Assembly: GCA_048013815.1 (NCBI GenBank)
Contig: CM106586.1
Location: 13,888,001-13,952,000 of the forward strand
Source: Setoptus koraiensis
Lineage: Eukaryota > Animalia > Arthropoda
Reading direction: 5' to 3'
Length of the DNA stretch: 64,000 nt
This document shows, one piece after another, positions 46,274 to 56,383 of this stretch (its first letter is position 1; each line of letters begins with the position of its first letter). A program made the position numbers and the translations under genes. The notes under the pieces are model-generated. The model made no database searches. It was not told where the DNA came from and was given only the letters and a program-made list of their open reading frames with translations.

Positions 46274-46825
46274 TCATCGAAACAACCCATCGCCTGAAAT
46301 TCGTCTAATCTTCCGTTTTATATTATCGCAACCAAAGTTATAGTAATGGGACAGGACATTTTCATTGGCCAACCAGTAATTGCCTGATTCTGATCGGTCG
46401 CGTTTCCATTCTTCTTCACTCATCCTGAGGCGCCAACCAACCACCTTGCTGTTGATGAAGCATGATTTGAGAGATCCATCGTTTGACCACAACTCTTCAC
46501 CAATCACGCAGTCGTATTCGGTTATTTCTATGAATGACTCGTCCAGTGTCTGACCACACGGGAACGCCAGGAGAAAATATATGTCATGTCGTTCGTTATG
46601 TACTCGTTCCCATCGTACGGTCGATATTTGTTGTCGACACTCTGGCAGCGCTTGACAATCTGGCGAATCCGAAATATCGCTACTGACTCTGCCCTCCTCT
46701 AGATCTTCGTTTTTTAGATCAATAAGCTCGCTGAATCTCGTAGACACTTGGGCCAAATTATGTCGATCGAGTAAATCGTTTAAATTTTCGATGATAATGA
46801 GCAAGAGCTCAGGCTTTTCTGCCAT
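46274..46825 (-). CDS. F-box-like protein, single exon (~183 aa)
   Basis: N-terminal MAEKPELLLIIIENLNDLLDRHNLAQVSTRFSELID fits the F-box P.E.L..I...L...D...L..VS..F..L pattern. The C-terminal part is unrecognised. Confidence 0.62.
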   Translation of the reverse strand: MAEKPELLLIIIENLNDLLDRHNLAQVSTRFSELIDLKNEDLEEGRVSSDISDSPDCQALPECRQQISTVRWERVHNERHDIYFLLAFPCGQTLDESFIEITEYDCVIGEELWSNDGSLKSCFINSKVVGWRLRMSEEEWKRDRSESGNYWLANENVLSHYYNFGCDNIKRKIRRISGDGLFR

Positions 46826-47094
46826 CTGTTCGACTAATGGCTCGAGCGGGTTGCATTGAAGATAAATGAATAGCGTGACTCTGAGATTCTTCGTATTTAT
46901 CAAATCGTAAAACTCGATCTCACGACAGTCGTTATTGACTAAACTCCCACCAGCTATCTCAATATTTTTTGATTGGTAAGACAGTTGCCTTCATGTTGCT
47001 AACAAATAGTGGCAAAAGGACCTCTTTTACGGGAGTGCTCGCGGATCGAACTTGTTTTAAATCGGGTTTTTAGGTTGAAAGCGAGTCAGACACC

Positions 47095-47493
47095 ACTTCC
47101 GTTAAACCCTGGCCGGAAACAGAAATAAACCAGACTTCTGGGTTCATCTGAGAAACACCTTCCCGACCTCGCTCCATTTCTGAAATCGAAGACCCAAAAG
47201 AGAGTGAAACATCCGGAATTGGAACACCCTCTAGCATTGCCGGTGCAAACGCATGATCTTGCTGACTTGATTTTCTCATCTAACTAATGAGACGCGAAAA
47301 ACTGGACCATAGAACAAGCGCTGACCAAGAAACTGGGCACGAAAATAGAATCGAGGGCAAAAAAAAAATGAGATCTTTTTGCCCTGTGCGAAAGCTCGAA
47401 AATGTTCAAGCCCTATCTTTATTCCTAACACCATTCATTTGATTCATATCATCACTCATAAGATTCACAGGAGTGAAAGCTTCATATCATCAC
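47095..47493 (-). repeat. Conserved non-coding 3' flank of the secreted family (copy 2)
   Basis: Reverse complement is collinear with 16796-17155 and 2905-3185. Confidence 0.85.
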
Positions 47494-48582
47494 TCAATGA
47501 GGTTTACCTTTAAGCTTGCCCAAACCTTTCTTGAGCAAGGCTTTGAATCCGGAGTGATGGTTGTCCGATTTGTGTTCGTGCGATGGAAATTTGAATCGGA
47601 GATCCGAGTCAATGTCGTTGAATTGTTCAGCCACTTCAAAGCTCTTTGGCTCTACTTGCCCCTCGATGAAGTCCTCGTCTTTGAACAATTCTAGTGGAAG
47701 TATTGCCAAGAATGCACCTCGGCAATATTGGACAGTTTTCAGCCAGCGTCTGACTATTTGGCTACTCTTCAATTTGTGGTCTACAACATGGTTGTTGTCT
47801 TCGGCCGTGAAGCCATAATTAGCTAACCTTTCAATGGGGGAGATTGAGCTTTGCGCGTAACTATCGATCAAATCGCAGGATCGCCTCAGATTCAAAAACT
47901 TTTCAATCGTTTCCTGGGTGTCTAAAGGAATGCGAGTGCTCTCACAGTTAGACGCCAAGTTTATCGTTGGAATGAGGTGTTCTGGTAGATCAACTTGTGA
48001 CAGGTCAAGACACTGATTGACCGTTTCACGAATGACTTGATCATTTTCTACAACATTCAGGCTCTGTTTAACGGCCTCGTTTGATTGTTCCGCTTGCTGC
48101 AGTTTTGTTTCAAGGTTTCTTTTACAGGTTAAAATAACCTGACCGAATATCTTTGAAGTTAATTCAAGCAATCCGTGATTCTTTTTTGTGTCTATGGGCA
48201 TATTGCTGGGCTTGTATCTTCTAAGGCGCGTATCATAAAATTCAATCATTATCTTGATGGCTTCATCATCACACACAGAATGAGATGTTTGCAGTGCCTG
48301 AACCATTTCTTTCATAGCTATCACATCTCTCACACCTCCATTACTGTTCAAACACTCGTTGATTATTTTGGTTGTTTCGCTATCTAGTTCCGGTGTTTGG
48401 TCCATCTCGTCTGCAAATTCTATGAACTTCGACAGTGAGTCGATAGATTTTACTCTGTCTTTGCAAAGCGACTTGGATGATGTCCAAGGTTTCCCCTCGC
48501 CACCACCAGCTGAACTAGTAGGCAGGAAACAAGCGACGGCGCCGACAATCAGCAAAAAGGATAAAACTTGTTGTGCTGACAT
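47494..48582 (-). CDS. Secreted 6-Cys family protein, paralog 2 (362 aa; candidate salivary effector)
   Basis: Signal peptide MSAQQVLSFLLIVGAVACFLPTSSA. Shares WTSSKSLCKDRVKSIDS, GQVILTCKRNLETKL, RSC.LIDSYA, VRRWLKTVQYC, EPKSFE and LKKG..KLK with paralog 1. Confidence 0.9.
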   Translation of the reverse strand: MSAQQVLSFLLIVGAVACFLPTSSAGGGEGKPWTSSKSLCKDRVKSIDSLSKFIEFADEMDQTPELDSETTKIINECLNSNGGVRDVIAMKEMVQALQTSHSVCDDEAIKIMIEFYDTRLRRYKPSNMPIDTKKNHGLLELTSKIFGQVILTCKRNLETKLQQAEQSNEAVKQSLNVVENDQVIRETVNQCLDLSQVDLPEHLIPTINLASNCESTRIPLDTQETIEKFLNLRRSCDLIDSYAQSSISPIERLANYGFTAEDNNHVVDHKLKSSQIVRRWLKTVQYCRGAFLAILPLELFKDEDFIEGQVEPKSFEVAEQFNDIDSDLRFKFPSHEHKSDNHHSGFKALLKKGLGKLKGKPH

Positions 48583-48701
48583 GTTAATCCGAATTTATAT
48601 CTAAGAATTGTAGTTCATCCAATCAAATAAGTCTTACTATTAATTTGAATACAATCTTCGGCTATGGAACAAAATGGTAACCTTAGGTTAATCTCACCCT
48701 C

Positions 48702-48708
48702 ATTTATA
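48702..48708 (-). promoter_or_regulatory. TATA box of secreted-protein paralog 2
   Basis: The minus strand reads CATATAAATGAGGGTGAGAT, matching the paralog 1 promoter. Confidence 0.65.
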
Positions 48709-49074
48709 TGAAAAAAAAAATTTGTATACCCAGACAATCCATAAGGAGAAACTGTATTTTTAGATCGCGATATTATCGCCCGATCAGTGACACATGAAAT
48801 TTGCTGCATAAAAAACATTTTGGGGAATCGCTTTCCGAAAATGAATTGTCTAAGCCGTTTTGTTTGACTGAGCTTGACATTCACCTGAGTGACGCCTTTT
48901 TACATCGGCCTCTACTTTGTGGTATATTCTTACAAGTTACAGTTGCAGTTGTGGCGTGGATTGCAGATAATAATCGGAACTGCGTATGTAAAAACCACTC
49001 ACCATGAGTGACTCTATGGAATATTCTCCTTCTACTCTTGGCCTATGCCCAACTCGATACTCCTACATGGATCC

Positions 49075-49415
49075 GGATTGAAAACCAAGGAGTCTCATGG
49101 TGATTTGCTCATTGTGGTTGACGAAAATTTATCTCAGACGGGCTCTATAATCCAGTTCTGCTAAAGCTAGATACTCAAACACTCTTTGCGATCGATTAGA
49201 AAGACTCTCGTTTATCCCATGGCTTGTGAATATGACTTAGATTGAACAAGATTCAATAGAAGAGCCTATCATCAATTGCAATGAACTTGTTAGAGACAGT
49301 AATAACTACTGGCCGCTGTCAGCATGTTAAGCTGCAGTTTTCAGCTGGAAAACGTTTTGTGTTGGCTACCAAAAATAGCCAAAAGTTTTGGTTAATTGTA
49401 AATGCACCACAATGA
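49075..49415 (+). repeat. Dispersed repeat A, copy 2
   Basis: See 14790-15060. Confidence 0.85.
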
Positions 49416-49428
49416 CATAAGAGGACAA

Positions 49429-49640
49429 TCGCATCAATCACGTGCTCGAACTAGGCACGCGTTGTTCTTTTGGCCGCTCTTTTTGCCATTAGCAGTAGAT
49501 ATTGCGCTGTCTCGCAAGCAGTCGAGCTAGCGATCGTTGTCGTTTGTCAACGCCAGTTAGTGTTATGTAATGTTCCAAGTATTAACAGCAGTAACGTTAT
49601 GTAAGATGTTATGTAAGAGGCCCACCGCGCACCGCATAAT
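49429..49640 (+). repeat. Dispersed repeat B, AT-shifted copy
   Basis: See 36091-36340. It directly abuts repeat A copy 2. Confidence 0.85.
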
Positions 49641-50498
49641 CCGTGCCTAACTTTGACGTTTCTATCGTTTACGTCGTGGTCGCCAAGCAAATAGAACCGA
49701 CAAAAGGTGAATAGTTTTACCTAAATTTCTAATCCAGTGAGACTCATGCTGACGATCAATAGAGTTGACTATTGTCGGCCAGCCTAAGCAAACAAATTGT
49801 CTTTTATTGACTGACTGTTTGTGCAGTTTGTATTTGTGTGTTGACCGTAAGTATAAGTTTGATTGATACGCACTAATTAAACATATCGCTGATAATAATT
49901 GAGTGTACAGTGTGTACAAACAAAAAACACTGCCCAATGTCATAAGGGCAATTCGCTGATAACTAATCAATATTTACGCGAATACGCCCTTTGTCATGTC
50001 TCACAGCAACAGCAACAACAACAACAAAACCAAACAAGTCTGTTTGTGAGATGACACAATGAGAATGGCTCATTATCATGGTGCCAAATCTCTTCGTTTG
50101 GTTATCGATTTGTCACAATCTCACAATGTCAAACTCGGGCCACTGGTAACAGCTATCGATTGGCAAGATGGCGTCAAGATCGAGTCAATTGCATCCATGT
50201 AAATGAGTGTCTCATAATGAGTGCGTTCATTTCACTGCACCTTCGGACGTCTTCCTCGTCCGCTAGGGCTCCGCTTGTGCATGTGCCAACAATTGTAACT
50301 TACAATTTGTAAGGCGCTTTAGCCGCTTAGATTTAGCGCACTCGTGCCATGGACGCGGGGTGGCGCGTAGGTGCTCCGAAATCCGGAGTCAAAATTCGGA
50401 CTGCGAATGCCGGATTGGTGGAAAGCGACCGAGTGGCCATATAGCACGGCGACTTGCGGTGCGGTGCATTGTTGCACGGTGCAAGTTGCACCGCGTGG

Positions 50499-50510
50499 AG
50501 CGCCCTCTAC
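50499..50510 (-). promoter_or_regulatory. CTCF-core-like motif GTAGAGGGCGCT upstream of LAP3
   Basis: Variant of the AG[GA]GGGCGCT core. Confidence 0.25.
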
Positions 50511-51053
50511 ATTCTTGTTGCGCGCATGGTGCGGTGCGCGTACGGCTAGCAGGCAGATATGATCGAGCTTGAAACTGCAGTTAAAGTAAAAAATGGCCTG
50601 CCCATGTGATGGGGTTCTGTATTGCGTCCACTGTGGCCTGTAGCAAATCGCACTTGTCTACAATCAATTCAATTATATTTAATAGACTGTTGGTAATAGT
50701 TATCATTTTGTTTGATTAGTGGGCGGATTAATGGTGGCGCCATTGTACGGGAGCATGCCAATTAATCAGCATGCAAGTGTGATAATTGTTTGCCGATGCA
50801 GCGATGGTGCAAACGCACCGAGGCTGCGGCTGATTCGTCGTGCAGCGCGGTGCACAGTGGCGTGAGTGCACTTGCATGATTCGAATGAACTGTGCGCACA
50901 CATTTCAATGTGTGCGTAACCAGAGAGTTCAGTTCCGCCCATCGACAACAAAGAACGTAACACAAATAACACATTTATAATCTATATAAATCTATATAAG
51001 GTGCATACAATATTCAATTGTCGATATTTACCCAAGAAAGGCTATATATACAG

Positions 51054-52571
51054 ATGCTACTCAGCAGTTGTCGTTTTTTATTCACCAGTAGATCAGTATC
51101 AATATTGTCAAGTCGTCAATTCTCGCTCACATCCATCAACATGTCAAAAGCCCTCGTGTTGGGAGCCTACCAGGACTCCAGCGAACTCACCCCCGCCGCC
51201 ACCAAATTCGACGCAGAGACAGGCGGAAAGCTCAGCTCGCTGCTGAAGAAATTCGAGCTCAAGAAAGGAAAATCCTTACTGTTTCCCGCTGTGTCCGACC
51301 AGTACCTGTCGGTGGCTGTCGTCGGACTCGGCCCAAAGGACGCCGGTTACAACGAGCTAGAAGACATCGACGAGAAGAGAGAAAATGTCAGGGTCGCCAT
51401 CGCCAAGGGCGTTCGAGCTCTCAGAGAGTTATCGGTCGACGAAATTCACGTTGACCCAGCCGACGATTCGGAGGCCGCAGCCGAGGGAGCGGCGCTGTCA
51501 CTCTTTTATTTCGATGAGCTCAAAAGCGACAAATACAAGAAGAAGCCCGTCAAATTGGACTGTTATTTGGGCGCCGACGACAACTTCAAAAAGGGACTCG
51601 TTCTCTCCGAGGCTCAAAATGTGTGTCGCCGATTTGCCGAGATGCCCGCAAATTTGATGACACCCACCATTTTTTGCGAAACAGCTCAAAAGCTCTTCAA
51701 AGGAAATGATAGCGTCAAGGTGATTGTGCGCGACGAAAAATGGGCAGAGGATAAGAAAATGTTTTCGTTTTTAAGCGTGGGCAAAGGATCGGCCCAGCCC
51801 TCAAAATTTTTAGAGGTACATTACAACAACAAACCAGACTCAAAACCCTTCGTATTGGTAGGAAAAGGCGTCTGTTTCGACAGTGGCGGTATCTCACTCA
51901 AACCCGGCCTCAATATGGACAAGATGCGCTACGACATGGGCGGTGCGGCCAATGTCGTGTCCACAGTCTATGCCCTCTCCAAGCTAGGAGCTAAGGTAAA
52001 CGTAGTAGCGTTGACTCCCCTTTGTGAAAACTTGCCCAGCTCCACAGCAAACAAGCCCGGTGACGTTGTGGTGGCCATGAACGGCAAATCAATTCAAATA
52101 GACAATACTGATGCCGAGGGACGGCTCATTTTAGCCGACGGATTATGTTATGCGCACGAGTTTAAGCCTCAGGCCATCCTCGACATCGCTACTTTGACAG
52201 GAGCAATGGGCATATCTTTAGGATCCGCTCTTACTGGAGTCTGGACAACATCTCCCAAACTCTATGAAGACCTTCGCAAAGCCGGTGTTTACACAGGCGA
52301 CAGAGTCTGGCGAATGCCCCTCCTGAGTCACTACACGAAAAATGTCACAGACAGTCAATTAGCCGACTTACAAAACATAAGCAAAACCGGTTCCCAAGGT
52401 GGAAGTTGCACGGCCGCAGCATTTCTGAGAGAATTTGTCGAGTGTCCCAATTGGTTGCACCTAGATATAGCCGGTGTCATGGAAAGCAAAGACGAACTAC
52501 CATACTACGGCAAGGGAATGAGTGGGCGCCCCGTACGAACTTTATACTACTTTTTGAACAATTTTTTCTAA
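51054..52571 (+). CDS. LAP3: Cytosol/mitochondrial leucine aminopeptidase (M17), single exon
   Basis: KGVCFDSGGISLKP, MRYDMGG, NTDAEGRL, ATLTGA and WLHLDIAG. The ATG at 51054 starts an S/R/L-rich presequence-like segment, with a second in-frame ATG at 51141. Duplicated TCTATATAA(A/G) at 50981-51000. Confidence 0.97.
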   Translation: MLLSSCRFLFTSRSVSILSSRQFSLTSINMSKALVLGAYQDSSELTPAATKFDAETGGKLSSLLKKFELKKGKSLLFPAVSDQYLSVAVVGLGPKDAGYNELEDIDEKRENVRVAIAKGVRALRELSVDEIHVDPADDSEAAAEGAALSLFYFDELKSDKYKKKPVKLDCYLGADDNFKKGLVLSEAQNVCRRFAEMPANLMTPTIFCETAQKLFKGNDSVKVIVRDEKWAEDKKMFSFLSVGKGSAQPSKFLEVHYNNKPDSKPFVLVGKGVCFDSGGISLKPGLNMDKMRYDMGGAANVVSTVYALSKLGAKVNVVALTPLCENLPSSTANKPGDVVVAMNGKSIQIDNTDAEGRLILADGLCYAHEFKPQAILDIATLTGAMGISLGSALTGVWTTSPKLYEDLRKAGVYTGDRVWRMPLLSHYTKNVTDSQLADLQNISKTGSQGGSCTAAAFLREFVECPNWLHLDIAGVMESKDELPYYGKGMSGRPVRTLYYFLNNFF

Positions 52572-52743
52572 ACCGGCCTTTTATTAACAACAAATAAACA
52601 ATGAGATAAATACACGTTTACACATTCAACATCATAAAATGATTTGCCAGCGAAAAAACCTGCTATCTTCTCAATCAAGGAGCTCATTTTGAAAAATAGG
52701 TGTAAAAAGTCTAGTCGCACTCTTTCGACTTCTCGGTAGAGAT

Positions 52744-54435
52744 TCACTTGGCATTACCGGAGGTACTAGGTCCGCTTTCAACTTGCATATCGGTGGTGAT
52801 TTCGTTCAACAATTGATCTATCCTTTGAGCCATTATTCTCCGTATTTTTTCTATTGATCCTTCGCTACACCACCCATCTTTTTCAGAGCAGAGCTCAGGC
52901 TCATGACCGTCGTTACTATGCACAATAGACTGAACCTCTTCCAGCTCGATATCCTTCAATTGATAAGATAGCTGTCTATATGCTGGTAACAAATCGTCGC
53001 GAAATTTAAACATGGACTCTTTAACAAACTCCTTCTGTAGACTCGTATGCGCAAAGTCGATGGATTCCTCATTAATAAGATCAAAATCAGAGAGATCATC
53101 ATCCTGTTGAAGTTCCTCCAGTGCTCCACACGAATCATCATTAGTTGTAGATTGAGCAGCAACTTGAACATCTTGGATTTTTGCCGTCTCAATGACCTCT
53201 TCGTATAATTGGTCGCTATTCTGCGAAACAATCATACTTTCCTCATGATCCATCTCCTCACTCCAGCTGGTCATAGGAGCCATTTGGCGACTGTTGATCA
53301 ATGAGGACCTTAAATCGGTGTGGGTCGTTGAGCGCGATTTTTTCTTTGGTAGCTGATATTGATAAATAGATCTTTTCGCATAAATATTCGCACTATCTGC
53401 GCGATTACAATAGGCTCTTTTGAATCTGAAATCTAAAGTTTGGTAAATTTTTGAAGATTTTTCCTTAGTTGGGTTAAAGTTGTATTTGACCCACATAGTT
53501 CTGAAGGGTCCATTTGTATAATGAAAAGCAACAATCGGTAGAATATATCGAATCTCCATAACCGTGCAACCTAGTTCATAGCATAGTGCTGCTCTGGACC
53601 ATATAGGTTGCCTATTGAAGCAAGCCTCTACTCTGGGTATCATCTTCTTCTCAAATTCTGGTAATTGATTGTAGTATCTTATGACTTTTTCTGGAGCTTG
53701 TTGCGGCACTGAGTCATTCCATGAGATCAAACATGCCAAAGTTGAACGCTTTTTTCGCGTTTTACCTATGATAGATAGACGATTCTGGCGCTCATATTCA
53801 TCCCGCATCTCCTGGCTCCGAAATTTCGGTTGTGGCACATGGACATTATCATTGGGTGTATCAAATCTCGAGAAAACAGCAGGCAAAATAAGTAACGGAG
53901 CATCAGGATTAAGAGTTTTCAATGTCCCATCAAATGGATCGCTAGGTATCAATTCTTCTATTATCGAAGCATATGTTGGATTGAGCGATTGTTCGCTTCG
54001 AGACACCATGAACTCTCTGTCGATCTTTTCTGGATCGATGGTGGTGGCTGGAATGTTGTTTCTCACCATAGGAAGCCATTGGAATTCGGCCAGAGTGTCA
54101 AACTTGAACGTTGTTTGAATCTTTCCCACCACTTGAACACTATAATCGTATGATGGAGAACTATTATCAGGGCTAATATCAGCACTCTTTCTGCGGCGAC
54201 GCTTAAATCTGACAAGGAGACTCCTGGAGGCTACCCTGTCACCGTGGGTTGGATGAGCGTATGGGTCTTGCTTTCTGAACGTCAATTCCAGTCTGTCCTT
54301 TGGCGAGTTGAATACATTCTCGACAGTCTCGACGCCATTCAATGTGTCTAAAGCCTTGTCCAAATTCTCAACGATCCCTGGATAATCAACAGATATCAGT
54401 GAGCGCAGGTTGGTGCATTTGCATTCGGCAGTCAT
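52744..54435 (-). CDS. GTF3C5: General transcription factor IIIC subunit 5 (Tau95/TFIIIC63), single exon
   Basis: VDYPGIVEN.DKALDTLNG, LELTFRKQDPYAHP, FKFDTLAEFQWLP, CFNRQPIWSR, FHYTNGPFRTMWVKYNFNP, YQTLDFR, CSEKDGW. Confidence 0.93.
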   Translation of the reverse strand: MTAECKCTNLRSLISVDYPGIVENLDKALDTLNGVETVENVFNSPKDRLELTFRKQDPYAHPTHGDRVASRSLLVRFKRRRRKSADISPDNSSPSYDYSVQVVGKIQTTFKFDTLAEFQWLPMVRNNIPATTIDPEKIDREFMVSRSEQSLNPTYASIIEELIPSDPFDGTLKTLNPDAPLLILPAVFSRFDTPNDNVHVPQPKFRSQEMRDEYERQNRLSIIGKTRKKRSTLACLISWNDSVPQQAPEKVIRYYNQLPEFEKKMIPRVEACFNRQPIWSRAALCYELGCTVMEIRYILPIVAFHYTNGPFRTMWVKYNFNPTKEKSSKIYQTLDFRFKRAYCNRADSANIYAKRSIYQYQLPKKKSRSTTHTDLRSSLINSRQMAPMTSWSEEMDHEESMIVSQNSDQLYEEVIETAKIQDVQVAAQSTTNDDSCGALEELQQDDDLSDFDLINEESIDFAHTSLQKEFVKESMFKFRDDLLPAYRQLSYQLKDIELEEVQSIVHSNDGHEPELCSEKDGWCSEGSIEKIRRIMAQRIDQLLNEITTDMQVESGPSTSGNAK

Positions 54436-54728
54436 AATTACACTAGCATGTCCTGTCACTTGTCTCCGTTAGGTAATTTACATCACGCCAGTAGATGGTA
54501 CATGCAATATTTATAATCTATCTGTTTGTAAGAAACTTGCTAAAGCGTGTTCCGTTTAGTTGGCCTCGCCAGTCCGTCCTCTCACAAGTCAGCTGTTGTG
54601 ATCAAACAATTGTTGAATGAAAATCCATTTGATGTCCTTTTGTGCAACGTAGTTGCCTACGTGTTAGTTGAAAATTGTTCGAATGAAATGACGATTTCGA
54701 GCAATCAATCGCGCGTGCTGACAGTCGC

Positions 54729-54738
54729 AGCGCCCCCT
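54729..54738 (-). promoter_or_regulatory. CTCF-core-like motif AGGGGGCGCT in the GTF3C5/COX7C divergent promoter region
   Basis: Context ACTGAAGGGGGCGCTG on the minus strand. Confidence 0.3.
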
Positions 54739-55049
54739 TCAGTTGATATTTTATATGAAAAAAAAGTCATTTCAAATCTCGCGCATTGTTCTCAGCACAA
54801 GTGCAAGGAGGTGTCTAGCAGGGCACAATAATACTGTGGCGTGCGACTGCTATCACAAGGACACCTTGGTAAAAATGCATTTAACGATAGATGAGTTTAG
54901 TTCACAATAATTCATTGCACCCGAGAATTATTTATCAATACCCATAGCATCGTTAGAATCTTAATTATCTCGAGATCTGTCGCGCTTCGTTGTACTTAAC
55001 AACGAAATAATTATTAATATCATTGGAAATCACTAGGTATATTATAGAG

Positions 55050-55208
55050 ATGTCTCACGGACGCCCCATTGTTGGCGAAAATTTGCCCTTCTCAATTAGA
55101 AATCACAGACTGCTAGCCATTGGAATGACCCTGTACATCGGATCAGCCATGGGCCTCCCATTTTATATATTGAGAACACAACTCAAGAGATTCTACAATG
55201 TTAAATAG
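55050..55208 (+). CDS. COX7C: Cytochrome c oxidase subunit 7C (mature part; a presequence exon may lie upstream)
   Basis: SHGRPIVGENLPFSIRNHRLLAIGMTLYIGSAMGLPFYILRTQLK matches the SH....G.NLPFS..N...L...M.LY.GS....PF.I.R.QL pattern. Confidence 0.85.
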   Translation: MSHGRPIVGENLPFSIRNHRLLAIGMTLYIGSAMGLPFYILRTQLKRFYNVK

Positions 55209-55957
55209 TTAATCAGGAATGTAGTTTTTTTGCAGCCTCACATGGGTTCAATCAGTCCCATGATGATTAATAAAAATTGACTATTATTAGCTAGTCTACA
55301 GAAATAGCCTGTCTCTTATTAACTCGCTCTCATATTTATAGTGACCAACAATTTAAGGTAAAATAATGAAGACAAGTATATCTCATCTCATGACATCACA
55401 CCTTCACTAGTAGGCTAGCCTGTACCGCTGGCTAGTGTTGAGGCTAACAAGACAGTCAACTATTAGCGAGCGACCCCTGCTACACCGTATTCGTAAAAGT
55501 ACAGTCGGGCATCATTATAGTGCTACACTAAATAGGTATTATAATTTAATTAGTTGTTGTTATAATACACGTGATTGCGGTCACAATATCTCACTAGGGA
55601 ATATTAGTTACTTTTGTTGTTGTCTCGTATTTACAATTATTTTGTGTACATACACACATCATATACTTGTACAAGGCGAATCCTTGCCTCACTATTTCTA
55701 ATCTAGTGTGTAGACGATCCTCACATAATTGCCACCCTAAAATGAGGTTATTTCCACACTTACACATATATATATTTTCATATGTATATGTGTATACATT
55801 CATATATATATCTATTATGTATATATATTTTTAAATTTTGGCGTTACAGTTGAGCTAAATAGGATCTAAATAGAGTAACAGTAGCTATATTAAATTATAT
55901 ATTATAAAAGTATCTAGGAATATAATAATATTCAAATAATTCTTTATCCACTTATTG

Positions 55958-56383
55958 ATGCCAACGGCGCCAGCGCTAAAAGGTCATTTGATCTGCGCGC
56001 CCGCCGACATTCGTTTGATTGGAGATGACCAAGGATCCGGGGAAGACCTTCATTCGATATTATTGATGACCCTATCGCCATACTTCCAGATCGTTTTAAA
56101 CGATGGCGACTTCTATAAAACTACCTACTATTGTAATAACGATAATAATGGTACTAGCAATAATATAACCAACAGTAACAATAATGTTAGGACCTTGTAC
56201 TTGGAAGGGGCAGATAGTGAGACCATAAAGATAATCAAAGATTATGCCTATACTGGTAAGACTAAATTAACAGTTGACAATGTTAAAAAAGTCAATAGGG
56301 TTGCCGACATGTATAATATAGTGGGCCTAATAACTGAATGTGAGACGTTTCTTATAAAAAACACCAACACTCCAGAGTGTTAA
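55958..56383 (+). CDS. BTB/POZ-only protein (~141 aa)
   Basis: LHSILLMTLSPYFQ..LYLEGADSETIKIIKDYAYTGKTKLTVDNV...VADMYNIVGLITECETFL is a kelch-type BTB domain with an Asn-rich insert and no BACK/kelch region. Confidence 0.85.
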   Translation: MPTAPALKGHLICAPADIRLIGDDQGSGEDLHSILLMTLSPYFQIVLNDGDFYKTTYYCNNDNNGTSNNITNSNNNVRTLYLEGADSETIKIIKDYAYTGKTKLTVDNVKKVNRVADMYNIVGLITECETFLIKNTNTPEC

